64,000 nucleotides of DNA, taken from contig CAZLEV010000001.1 of assembly GCA_964558645.1 (NCBI GenBank), forward strand, positions 447,579 through 511,578, written 5' to 3'. The notes beneath the pieces were generated by a model. It was not told where the DNA came from. It saw nothing but the letters and a program-made list of their open reading frames with translations, and ran no database searches. The translations under genes were made by a program, and so were the position numbers. The DNA comes from an uncultured archaeon (GTDB lineage Archaea > Asgardarchaeota > Thorarchaeia > Thorarchaeales > Thorarchaeaceae). The first letter of the stretch is position 1; every line of letters starts with the position of its first letter. Shown here one piece after another: positions 9,786-18,332 of the stretch.

Positions 9786-10673
9786 TCACTCATCGCCAAA
9801 GACGATTCTGTATCTTTTGCTTAAAGACTCGTAATCCTCGCCGCTTGGCACAAACCTCTCTTTTCCTGAGAATCTTATAGGGATCATTGCTTCTTCGTCC
9901 AGTCGCCATGGAATGTCTACAACAATTCTCAGGAAGTAGGAGGCATGGATGAGTGAAGAGTGGAAGGCAGCTGGCCACCTGCTTGAGAACATGAATGAGA
10001 GATTGTGCCAATGCTTTCCCGTCAGTTCTTCTTTCTTTGTTAAGTGTTCCAGAAACTTCCTTCGGGCCTTTGCTTTCACTCCCCGAGGTGCAACTCTCTC
10101 AATATACAGGAGTTCGGCTCTAATTCCTCTCATGTTAGGGTCTCCCTGAATGTGATATCGGAAAGTGAACGGTTCATCATAACGAACTAGGTCTTCCGGA
10201 ATCTCGATCCTGACCATGTCTTGCCCGTCCTGAAGAATCTGAGCCGTTTTTGCTCTCGGGCTCAGAATCGGAACGCGATGGCTAACATTAATGGGAATGC
10301 TTGATTTGAGGTCGAAGGCCCATGAGATTTCTGTCTTCGCACGAAGCTGATATCTTACGCGGCCATGAACTCCTTGATACGAACCCGGGATTTGAACGGG
10401 AAGTCTAATCCTAAAGGGGTAGTGGTGCTCTCCTGACTCTATGGGCGCGCCGGTTATCAACTCGACAACTTGTGATACATGAGTAATCTTCTCCCTGTAT
10501 ACACGCCTGTTGTCGCCTGAACCTCGAACCACGCGGCTCTTCTCTTCGCCTTGCAGATGGATGGTGACGCGATTGCATTTGAAACCGTCATCGCAACGCA
10601 GGATGACATGACCCTCAACGTATTCGCCTGGGTTGAATACCGGCTTCCCTGTTTCTATACACATTTCCCTCAT
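9786..10673 (-). CDS. Arrestin-fold (arrestin_N/SpoOM-like) protein
   Basis: PGEYVEGHV, GEHHYPFRIRLP..IPGSYQG.HGRVRY. Confidence 0.8.
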   Translation of the reverse strand: MREMCIETGKPVFNPGEYVEGHVILRCDDGFKCNRVTIHLQGEEKSRVVRGSGDNRRVYREKITHVSQVVELITGAPIESGEHHYPFRIRLPVQIPGSYQGVHGRVRYQLRAKTEISWAFDLKSSIPINVSHRVPILSPRAKTAQILQDGQDMVRIEIPEDLVRYDEPFTFRYHIQGDPNMRGIRAELLYIERVAPRGVKAKARRKFLEHLTKKEELTGKHWHNLSFMFSSRWPAAFHSSLIHASYFLRIVVDIPWRLDEEAMIPIRFSGKERFVPSGEDYESLSKRYRIVFGDE

Positions 10674-10899
10674 GGCAGGCTTTCTTTTCTTATGAGTCCT
10701 CTAATATCTTCTGCGAGTTTGCAGCAAGCCAATACCTGGTTACCCACTCACAGCTACGACTCTTCGACCTGCGTTTCAAGACCTCTTTTCGTCAACTGCA
10801 AGAAGGATGAAGATCAACTGATCGTACAAACTCGACAACGGTTTGCAGAACTCCACGAAGAAAGGAATCTCAGGGGGCCAAAAGCCCCCCAGATTTTGT

Positions 10900-12420
10900 T
10901 CAGATGCCGAAGAGATCTGAATACTTACCGTTCAGGTAGTCCAGGAAGGGCTTTGCCTTGAGACTGCTGCCTGTAACCTTTTTGACAAGATCTGCGGGAT
11001 CATACATGGAGGAGTGGCGATGGATGTTTTCGACAAGCCACTTCTTGATTGCCGAGAAATCCCCGCTAGGAATGTTCCTCCTCCAGTCAGGCAAGTCTTG
11101 GCTTATCTGGTTAAACCACATCCCGTCGTAGACGTTTCCCATGGCATAACTGGGGAAGTAACCGTAGTATCCGCTTGCCCAATGCGTGTCCTGAAGAACA
11201 CCTTCTGCATCGTGCTCGATCTCAACACCGAGATACTCATCATACTTTTCGTTCCAAATCTGCGGAAGCTCTGAGATTGATATCTTGTCTGAGAAGAGAG
11301 CCTTCTCTATTTCGAAGCGGATGATGACATGCAGAGAATAGGTGACCTCGTCTGCCTCGATTCGTATCTTGGACGGTTCAACAAGGTTCACAGCCTTTAC
11401 CCAGTCTTCCTTTGGCACATCAGCAAAGATGTCCCCCGTAAGTGTCCTGAATCTTGGGTAGTAGTAGTCCCAGAACTCGGGGGAGCGACCATAGAGGTTC
11501 TCGACAAAGCGGCTCATCGATTCATGGATCCCCATACTGGCAGCCTCTCCTATGGGCTGGTACATCCAGTCGTGATTCAGGTTCTGCTCGTACAAGGCAT
11601 GCCCTCCCTCATGCAGAATCGCAAAGATCATCGAAGCCACGTTATTTGCATGGTACTTGACGGTGATTCTAACATCATCAAAATAGCCTGTCGTGAATGG
11701 ATGCTCAGTCTCGTCAATCCTGCCACCCGCCTCTTCAGAGCTGATGTCGTACTGGATTACTTCTGCCAAGTCCTCGGCAATCTTCCTTTGGGTTGCTACC
11801 AGTACTGGTCGCCTCTTGAATTCTCCATCGAAATCTGAAGCGGCCTCTACGCATTTCTTTACCAGGGGGATGAGACCATCTCTCAGTTCACCGAAGACTT
11901 TGTCTATGTCGTCTTGAGTCATTCCTCTCTCGAAATCATCGAGCATCGAGTCATAGATGTTGGAAACACCCTTGACATCCAGCATATACTCGTGCCTTTT
12001 GCGCTCGAGAGAAACCATCTTCTCGAGTTCTGGTTCGAATCTCTTCCAATCCTTTGCTGCCTTTGCCTTCTTCCAGGTTTCTACTGATAGTGCCTGCTGT
12101 TTAGCAATCTTGGCGACAAGCTCAGAGGGTACTTTCGTCTGTCGATCATACCCTAACCTTGCAAGGTATAGGTTTCGTTTCTGTACTCCATCAAGTCCGC
12201 TGATTCGCTCAGCCTCGGATAACATTTCTCCAGTTTCCGGGGCAACAAACATCTCGTGAGCAATCTTCGACAAATAGGATATCTGCTCGCTCCTGAGCTG
12301 TACACCCTTTGGAGGCATGTAGGTCTCAAGATCCCAATGAATCTGGTTCCTTGCTGTACTCACAAGAGTCAGTTCCCTCATCCTTGCCATAAGCTTCTCA
12401 TAAGCATCCATATCTATCAC
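10900..12420 (-). CDS. Carboxypeptidase M32 (Taq type)
   Basis: HEGGHALYEQ, HPF, HESMS, IRIEADE, QDTHW, GYFPSY. Confidence 0.95.
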   Translation of the reverse strand: MIDMDAYEKLMARMRELTLVSTARNQIHWDLETYMPPKGVQLRSEQISYLSKIAHEMFVAPETGEMLSEAERISGLDGVQKRNLYLARLGYDRQTKVPSELVAKIAKQQALSVETWKKAKAAKDWKRFEPELEKMVSLERKRHEYMLDVKGVSNIYDSMLDDFERGMTQDDIDKVFGELRDGLIPLVKKCVEAASDFDGEFKRRPVLVATQRKIAEDLAEVIQYDISSEEAGGRIDETEHPFTTGYFDDVRITVKYHANNVASMIFAILHEGGHALYEQNLNHDWMYQPIGEAASMGIHESMSRFVENLYGRSPEFWDYYYPRFRTLTGDIFADVPKEDWVKAVNLVEPSKIRIEADEVTYSLHVIIRFEIEKALFSDKISISELPQIWNEKYDEYLGVEIEHDAEGVLQDTHWASGYYGYFPSYAMGNVYDGMWFNQISQDLPDWRRNIPSGDFSAIKKWLVENIHRHSSMYDPADLVKKVTGSSLKAKPFLDYLNGKYSDLFGI

Positions 12421-12473
12421 ATCATAGCCTATCTGATGTTCTGGTGAATGGGAAGACGATTCGGTCTCGGTTA

Positions 12474-12487
12474 ATTATGTTTGTATT
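12474..12487 (+). repeat. Putative attL core ATTATGTTTGTATT
   Basis: 13/14 identical to 23229-23242. Confidence 0.65.
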
Positions 12488-12498
12488 TGGACAGCTTC

Positions 12499-12577
12499 TG
12501 TCAGTTCAATGAAAATCAGGAGGGGACACCAGGAACCTCGGTCCGGATCTGGCTGATACCGGCAAGACCGTCGGTCA
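12499..12577 (+). repeat. Left subterminal imperfect inverted repeat
   Basis: TGTCAGTTCAAT (12499-12510), TGGCTGATACCG (12550-12561) and GTCGGTCA (12570-12577) are reverse complements of 23205-23216, 23155-23166 and 23124-23131. Confidence 0.8.
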
Positions 12578-12621
12578 CTGGTGGCCGGGTGTCTCTAGGA
12601 GAGTCTTCCTATTGTGTCTTC

Positions 12622-12670
12622 CTAAATCCCCTGAAACCTCACTTACCTCACTTATCTAACTCATCTAATC
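12622..12670. repeat. Four tandem 9-bp iteron-like repeats
   Basis: AACCTCACT TACCTCACT TATCTAACT CATCTAATC; same unit as the repeats in the rep gene. Confidence 0.75.
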
Positions 12671-12940
12671 CAACTCGTTGGTAAAAGCAGAGGCCCTTGG
12701 AACACGTGTTCTAGAATCATACTCCAGGAAGTTGGCGACCGCCAACCCAGAGAGCTGTCAATCCATCGGAAGAATGCGTAAGTAGCAGAATGGCAATCCG
12801 GCGGGACTGTCGATCTCTTTCATCGGAGCATCGTGGCAAGAGAAGCGTCAATTCAAATGGAAACAGGAAACTGCCACTTCCCTTAAGTGGTCATTCATCG
12901 TTTCTGTATTTGTGCTAGAGAGGAGAAGGTAGGTGTAGAA

Positions 12941-13756
12941 GTGAGTGGGCGCAGTCGCTTAATGTTACTGTTGTTCTTAGCAATTATGTTGATAGTGGAA
13001 CCATTAGAAGTCAAGTCGGTACCGGATGGGGCCACAGAAACTAGTTTGATATCTATTGAAGTGTATTGGGCAATAACAGCCGGTGGGTTTGGAGACTGGC
13101 CAGAAGAATCGGAATGGAATGTCCTGTACCAGAATCAAGACATCAACCTTAGCGAAGAAGAATACGGAGTATACCTCTATATCAAGGTAAATGGCACAGT
13201 ACTCCTTGATTACTCAAAATGGGTCGAGGTTAGCTGCAGGATAGGGCATCTTTCTGAATATGGATTCTATTCTAGTAGCGGATTTAACTGCAGTAATCAA
13301 GCTTCTTGTATGTCAGGATTCCAGACGGAACACTGGGACCCGTATCATAATTCTGCCAATGCGACTGTCTGTGTGAACACCACCAATGGTGATTACTACT
13401 ACAACCGCCGATATTTTCATATTCATTTTGGTGAAGAGCCAACCACCACGACTACTACCACTACGACAACGGCCGGAACAACAGATGATGTCAGTGATAC
13501 CACTACGTCAGACATATCGACTGATGATCATGTGGTCATTCCCCAAGTAGCATTACTATCTCTTGCCACAATCGTTGTCGTAGCTATCCTTTTCTTTATC
13601 TCTAAGAAGAAACATCCAGCAGATCAGGGAATCGAAACGCCTGATACTATGTCGAAGGAAATAACAAGAGAGGTCTTCTTGGTCGTCTGTCCCTACTGCG
13701 GGGCGAAGAACGAGCAGGGACGCGCCCACTGCAAGAATTGCGGTGGGAAGATATAG
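12941..13756 (+). CDS. Secreted, membrane-anchored protein with Thr-rich linker and C-terminal zinc ribbon (cargo)
   Basis: Signal-like N-terminus, poly-T, TM helix, CPYC...CKNC. Confidence 0.8.
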   Translation: MSGRSRLMLLLFLAIMLIVEPLEVKSVPDGATETSLISIEVYWAITAGGFGDWPEESEWNVLYQNQDINLSEEEYGVYLYIKVNGTVLLDYSKWVEVSCRIGHLSEYGFYSSSGFNCSNQASCMSGFQTEHWDPYHNSANATVCVNTTNGDYYYNRRYFHIHFGEEPTTTTTTTTTTAGTTDDVSDTTTSDISTDDHVVIPQVALLSLATIVVVAILFFISKKKHPADQGIETPDTMSKEITREVFLVVCPYCGAKNEQGRAHCKNCGGKI

Positions 13757-13861
13757 CTCAATCCGATCTTTAGGGAATCGAAGACCACCTCAACTTCAAA
13801 CAGTGCGACTGCAAGGGCAAGAGCAACGATGCACCAGAAGACGAGAACCATGGCCACATGC

Positions 13862-13930
13862 CCCGTTGTGAGATATCAGAAGCGCACCACACTCTGTGCA
13901 CGTGCAGGAATCGCGAGCCAAGGCCTGCAT
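13862..13930 (-). pseudogene. 5' fragment of a TFB-like gene paralog
   Basis: MQALARDSCTCTECGALLISHNG matches MQVLVRDQHTCAECGSPLISHQG (17289); similarity stops after 23 codons. Confidence 0.75.
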
Positions 13931-14068
13931 CTATTCGTCCTCCCGGAGGGCCCTCCGCTCCTCGGGAGTGAGCTCGCTAAGGGCCCTTCTGACCTCCTCA
14001 CGGACAATCTGTCTGAACCAGACAAGAACCTCTTCCTTTGTCGGCGTTGTATCGGTCAGATTCGTCAC
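13931..14068 (-). CDS. Small 45-aa helical protein (not in ORF track)
   Basis: GTG start, MTNLTDTTPTKEEVLVWFRQIVREEVRRALSELTPEERRALREDE; TAG abuts the TFB-fragment ATG, like the junction at 17288/17289. Confidence 0.5.
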   Translation of the reverse strand: MTNLTDTTPTKEEVLVWFRQIVREEVRRALSELTPEERRALREDE

Positions 14069-14208
14069 GCTCTCAATTGTCTTTCCCAGAAACTTCCTAA
14101 TACTCTCTTCACTGCAGAGGAGATGGGCTCAATACAGACCGATGGGGCAAACTTATTAAGTTTCGTGGAAATCATAATAATGTGATGTCTTGTGGATTCT
14201 ACTTCAAA

Positions 14209-14889
14209 TCTTGTTTTCTGAAACAAGACACACCTGTTGTCCTCTAGGTCCTGATGGATATGTCAGGACCTCCTTCTTTCTCTCTCTCTCCTCTAGAACT
14301 CCCGCCAACCCGTATCACGGCTTACACTACTCATAAGAGGGTTGGGAAATCTTAATCTTTCCACGTGGAAACCGGCGTTTCTCGACATGATAGGACACAA
14401 AGCGCACTTCATAGACTCAAGGAGGGAGGCAGGGGAGGAGGAGGTGCCAAGAGGTCATGCTGTCAGAGATTGTTCCCAACCCTCTTCTAATACCGCTGAC
14501 TGGATGGAAGAAGTTTTCTGGCTATGTACCTCCCGCACAGACCCCTATCTTCGCGAGCCGTGCTGCTGGACGGAGCACGCAGGCAGAGGATCTGCAGCTG
14601 AATGCTTTCCACGTGGAAATCTGTGAGGTCATACTGGGACCTCGTGGGAGATCCTGGATCCGAACGAGCCTGAGAACCTTATCCAAGTACGGGAGCATGG
14701 TCGCGGGAGGAGCTGGTGTGGGTGTTACAGTTCGGGGCGGTTGGCAGCCAGGGAGGTTTCCACGTGGAAGCCTATCGAGCTGCCATGGCGTTGGCAGGAA
14801 CGAGAGTGTTCTCCATGGGTCTTCTGGAGGAGAGGGCGCAGCATGCCCCCGTAGAGGATTTCTGGGGAAGAGGGGGTGTGTGCGGGAAG
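14209..14889 (+). ncRNA. Candidate large structured ncRNA or ssDNA element with three TTCCACGTGGAA palindromes
   Basis: Many nested complementary segments; G-T wobbles favour the + strand; no convincing protein. Confidence 0.5.
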
Positions 14890-14920
14890 TGCTTATAGAT
14901 TCCGGCGAGTTAGGAGAGAT

Positions 14921-15370
14921 ATGAATCGAGAGAGAATCATATCTGGGCTTGAGCCACTGTTTATTGGACTCTTCATGATCATGGGAATCTGGCTTTCATA
15001 TGAGCTGAGAATTATGTCTAGCACGTACTACACGCAGTATGAGCAATTCTTAGACATCGCTGATGAAGTGCTGACATGGGAGGAAGTGGGTTACTACACA
15101 TCTTGGGCACACCAATATCGCACCTGGAGCGATACGTACTTGTTTTTCTCGTTCACTGTTATCTTCACAGTCATTGGACTGGCAGCGACCTACTCAGGGC
15201 GCCAGGGGAGCGACAAGAGAGCAAAAGAAACGCAGTCGACCCTAGCCGAGATTAGGAATATGCTGGCCTATATCTGCAGACAGTATGCTGAGGATGATGC
15301 CTCTTCTCCTACCCCAGACGAGGATGGGGGCACACCAGCGGAGGAAGAGAGCACAGACAATCAGGAATAG
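14921..15370 (+). CDS. Two-TM membrane protein
   Basis: AGGAGA upstream, two hydrophobic helices, acidic tail. Confidence 0.7.
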   Translation: MNRERIISGLEPLFIGLFMIMGIWLSYELRIMSSTYYTQYEQFLDIADEVLTWEEVGYYTSWAHQYRTWSDTYLFFSFTVIFTVIGLAATYSGRQGSDKRAKETQSTLAEIRNMLAYICRQYAEDDASSPTPDEDGGTPAEEESTDNQE

Positions 15371-15702
15371 GGCGATATCCTGATTCTCACAACACTGCCT
15401 GACTGAAGTCTGTCTTCTTCTGGCAGACGAGGGATATATCCTCTCAGACCGTTCCGGTAGTTGTGGATGTCTGTCCAGAGAGATCTGTCGACTGCTAGAT
15501 TCCTACGAAGTGCTACCTCTGCATCATACGTACCTGGTTGAATCTCGTAGAAGGCAATGACGTGCTGGGGAACGTAGTAGCCCCAGCGCTTATCGTCATG
15601 CCTGAAGATCTTCGTGACAAACTCAGCTATGGCCATGCCTCTCCAAAGGGGGCATCTGCAGATATGGGTTACTGGATAACCCATAGCCAAGGCAATGCGC
15701 AC
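15361..15702 (-). CDS. Hypothetical protein (possible tandem AbrB-like beta-hairpins; start may be at MAIAEF)
   Basis: GYYVP..V...Y.IQPG and GYIP....DRLQSGSVVRIRI repeats. Confidence 0.5.
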   Translation of the reverse strand: MRIALAMGYPVTHICRCPLWRGMAIAEFVTKIFRHDDKRWGYYVPQHVIAFYEIQPGTYDAEVALRRNLAVDRSLWTDIHNYRNGLRGYIPRLPEEDRLQSGSVVRIRISPYS

Positions 15703-15914
15703 TAGCCCTTCATGCAGATTGTCAGCAACAGGAACGTGACTGCAAATACGAAGATACCGACCATCAACACGCTGAACGACGCGCTCACGGGGTCCTGGTA
15801 GCCAGATATCACTCCCAGAAGCTGGAAACCAGAGAAGACCAAGAAGATCACAGCGGCAAGCGCAATCATCCCTGACATGACAAGTTTGATGAGGATTTTT
15901 CCACTAAAGGCCAT
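15702..15914 (-). CDS. Small two-TM membrane protein
   Basis: 70 aa, hydrophobic; GAGGA RBS-like sequence upstream. Confidence 0.65.
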   Translation of the reverse strand: MAFSGKILIKLVMSGMIALAAVIFLVFSGFQLLGVISGYQDPVSASFSVLMVGIFVFAVTFLLLTICMKG

Positions 15915-16005
15915 TCTATTTTCCTCCTCTCACGATTGAGAGTACTTAGAGTCAGCACTTCTTTCTGCTTAAACTCTTCCATTTCCTCTCGATGATTGAC
16001 TTCAT

Positions 16006-16179
16006 CTATTCTCTACCGGTTTCAGAACGATGGAGTGACTCAATCTCTTCAAAGCGCCTTCTCATAGCATCGCGAGCGAACTCTGTGAATGAGTCATATC
16101 CAAGAGCATATTCCTTGTTGAGCCGCTCGAACTTCTCTCTGAACTCCAAAGGAGCTTTCACAACAGCATAATCGGTCAT
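16006..16179 (-). CDS. Ribbon-helix-helix regulator, 57 aa (not in ORF track)
   Basis: MTDYAVVKAPLEFREKFERLNKEYALGYDSFTEFARDAMRRRFEE. Confidence 0.75.
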   Translation of the reverse strand: MTDYAVVKAPLEFREKFERLNKEYALGYDSFTEFARDAMRRRFEEIESLHRSETGRE

Positions 16180-16277
16180 AAGGATACTAGTTGCATACCG
16201 AGAAATATACTCTTATGGTATCTTGTATTATCCAGCTTGGTAACTGTTATATACCCTAATGGATACTAGAAGATACC
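16180..16277. promoter_or_regulatory. Divergent promoter/operator region
   Basis: AT-rich; GGATACTAG at 16182-16190 and 16261-16269; repeated ATAC/GTAT. Confidence 0.6.
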
Positions 16278-16439
16278 ATGACGGTATACAGGATTGTCAA
16301 GATTCCGGTGGCACTCGCGGACATCATTGACACAAAACTGGTCAGGAGTGCAAGCTACAGCTCTCGGACTGAATATGTGAAAGAGTGTATCAGGAATGAT
16401 CTCAGAGAGCGAGGTATTCTGGAGGAGTGGAATCAATGA
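16278..16439 (+). CDS. Ribbon-helix-helix (CopG-like) regulator, 53 aa (not in ORF track)
   Basis: MTVYRIVKIPVALADIIDTKLVRSASYSSRTEYVKECIRNDLRERG; ATGA coupling to the next gene. Confidence 0.78.
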   Translation: MTVYRIVKIPVALADIIDTKLVRSASYSSRTEYVKECIRNDLRERGILEEWNQ

Positions 16440-16876
16440 ACGCAGATTGTAGAGCATGGGATTCTGGAGAAAGTGAACTGATGAATGCAGGTTCCGGACA
16501 TCGTGAGTTCATTCCGCGCCGTGGCGGGAGAGAATACATGCATCCCTTCACGGGATTGCTGCCCATCGAAGAGGGGGTCCACTATAAGTTTCAGAGAGAT
16601 CTCTCGTGGCTGTCCTTCGAGAAGGAACTACGTTTCCGACACACGGCTCTCGCAAGTTGCGCTGGGTTCATTATCAGAACCCGAGAGCCTGCATCTGATG
16701 TGATAGAGAAGGCAATCGAGCAGAAGACAGACACCTCTCCGGATTGGGCTGACCGTTCTGTGACCTTCGATATTGGAACCGTCCATCTCGCGGAAGACGT
16801 GGAGATGACAGCCACCGCCATTCGCCCCGATCTGGTTCTGCTGTTCTTACATCGGGTACGGGTCGCCTTTGACTGA
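16436..16876 (+). CDS. Hypothetical protein
   Basis: Translationally coupled member of the operon. Confidence 0.6.
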   Translation: MNADCRAWDSGESELMNAGSGHREFIPRRGGREYMHPFTGLLPIEEGVHYKFQRDLSWLSFEKELRFRHTALASCAGFIIRTREPASDVIEKAIEQKTDTSPDWADRSVTFDIGTVHLAEDVEMTATAIRPDLVLLFLHRVRVAFD

Positions 16877-17288
16877 TTGGGAGGAGAACATGATGGTAGA
16901 ACGGAGCGATTTGAAATCTTCACGGTTCGTGATGATTTCTCATCTACTGCGACGGTCAAGACTGCTTGAGGAAGAAGCCAAGAAGCAGAGGAAGGAATTT
17001 GAGGAGCTCTCAAAGGAACTCAGAGAGATACTACAAGGACCACAGCCTGAGAGGACAGAGCCCAGCAAAACAATACGACAGTATCTTGCACACAAGCGTG
17101 GAGGAGGGGCAAGTAGTGTGGTCAAGTATTGCGAGTGTTGCGGTCAGGAAATCATGCCTGAATGTCAGAACTGTGGAGCGACTCTGCGTCCTGACCTTGA
17201 CGACTTCGATGACCCAGAGGGAAGCTACTACTGTCCCGAGTGTGGGCACACAGTCAGCGGTTTCGAGCTGGAGCAGGAGGAGGACTAG
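16869..17288 (+). CDS. Coiled-coil plus zinc-finger protein
   Basis: Coiled coil, then CECC, CQNC and CPEC. Confidence 0.7.
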   Translation: MTDWEENMMVERSDLKSSRFVMISHLLRRSRLLEEEAKKQRKEFEELSKELREILQGPQPERTEPSKTIRQYLAHKRGGGASSVVKYCECCGQEIMPECQNCGATLRPDLDDFDDPEGSYYCPECGHTVSGFELEQEED

Positions 17289-18332
17289 ATGCAGGTACTG
17301 GTCAGGGATCAGCATACCTGCGCCGAGTGTGGATCTCCCCTCATCTCTCACCAGGGATCTCTCGTCTGTCGTGAGTGTGGCCTCGAGCACAGTCGGGAAC
17401 TGGTCCCGGGCACCTGTGAGCTCGGGGAGTCCATTGACTACGGTAATGACTACTCTGCAAGTAGGTCAATCAAGGCAAACAACGCAGCGATCCTCATAGA
17501 AACTGATGGCCTGGGCACCTATATCTCGAGTTCAGCCAAGTCCACGTTTCGACGAGCGGATGTCCTTCGACTACAGCGGCTCAACCGACGAGTCGTCTTG
17601 GGCAAACTGCGAGGAGAGAGAAAAGCACTACGTTTGTTGATTCGATATTGCTCTCTGTTAGACTTACCGGGGCATGTAGTCAGACGGGCTCGATATCTCT
17701 GCAAGCAAGGCATGAGAAGGTTGAGAGGGGTGGCTCGTTGTGGGGCTTGGTCGCCCAACAGGATTCTCCTCTCCTGCTGTGCAGCGATTCTCGCGACACG
17801 TGAGGCAAGAGTAGCGGTAGACCCACAGGAAATCATAGACCTCTGGGCAGATTCTTACAGAGTTCCTCCCTCTTCAGTAAGAAAGTGTTTCTTCTGGATA
17901 CGGCGGCACCTGAATGTTACATACCTGCCACTTCAACCTTTGGACTTCGTTGAGAAGGTAGTCTCCAGACTCGCTTCAGATGATGATTTGAGAGAACGGT
18001 TCTCTGAGGAAGGACTGGATCTGACGCAGATTCTTCAAGAGACTCGGCGGAACCTGACCGATATCTTCAGCAGTATCAGTCCCCATGTTTACAAAGGCAG
18101 GAAGCCCTCGATAATGGTTCCATCTTGCGCCTACGTTCTTCTCAAATCGCAGTATTCATCTGTTGTGACTCAGAGAGCAGTAGCTGATGCTTGTGACGTA
18201 CATATACAGACACTCCGAGAGCATTCCAAGATGTGGAGGAACTTTCTCGAGAGAGAGAATAGCCCGGTTGAAATGCCTGCAGACGATGGGATTGGAGCAT
18301 TGAAGAGCACTGTGGAGAGGGATGACGAATGA
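17289..18332 (+). CDS. tfb: Element-encoded TFB/TFIIB-like transcription factor
   Basis: Zn ribbon CAEC/CREC, GLGTYI, LDLP cyclin repeat, GRKP, HTH TQRAVADACDVHIQTLR. Confidence 0.85.
   Translation: MQVLVRDQHTCAECGSPLISHQGSLVCRECGLEHSRELVPGTCELGESIDYGNDYSASRSIKANNAAILIETDGLGTYISSSAKSTFRRADVLRLQRLNRRVVLGKLRGERKALRLLIRYCSLLDLPGHVVRRARYLCKQGMRRLRGVARCGAWSPNRILLSCCAAILATREARVAVDPQEIIDLWADSYRVPPSSVRKCFFWIRRHLNVTYLPLQPLDFVEKVVSRLASDDDLRERFSEEGLDLTQILQETRRNLTDIFSSISPHVYKGRKPSIMVPSCAYVLLKSQYSSVVTQRAVADACDVHIQTLREHSKMWRNFLERENSPVEMPADDGIGALKSTVERDDE

Noticed and set aside
12474-12487. att core as a Xer/dif site (TTATGTT resembles the XerD arm)
   Set aside because: There is no matching inverted arm across a 6-bp spacer, and the element has its own integrase
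13441-13470. ACC/ACT/ACG trinucleotide run as a DNA repeat element
   Set aside because: It simply encodes a poly-Thr linker using mixed codons
14358-14770. CRISPR array
   Set aside because: Repeats are only 12-14 bp with irregular spacing of 248 and 151 bp; no cas genes
14342-14924. ORFs 14342-14626, 14457-14924 and 14716-14898 as real genes
   Set aside because: They overlap each other, have atypical composition and no motifs; the nested complementarity explains the region better
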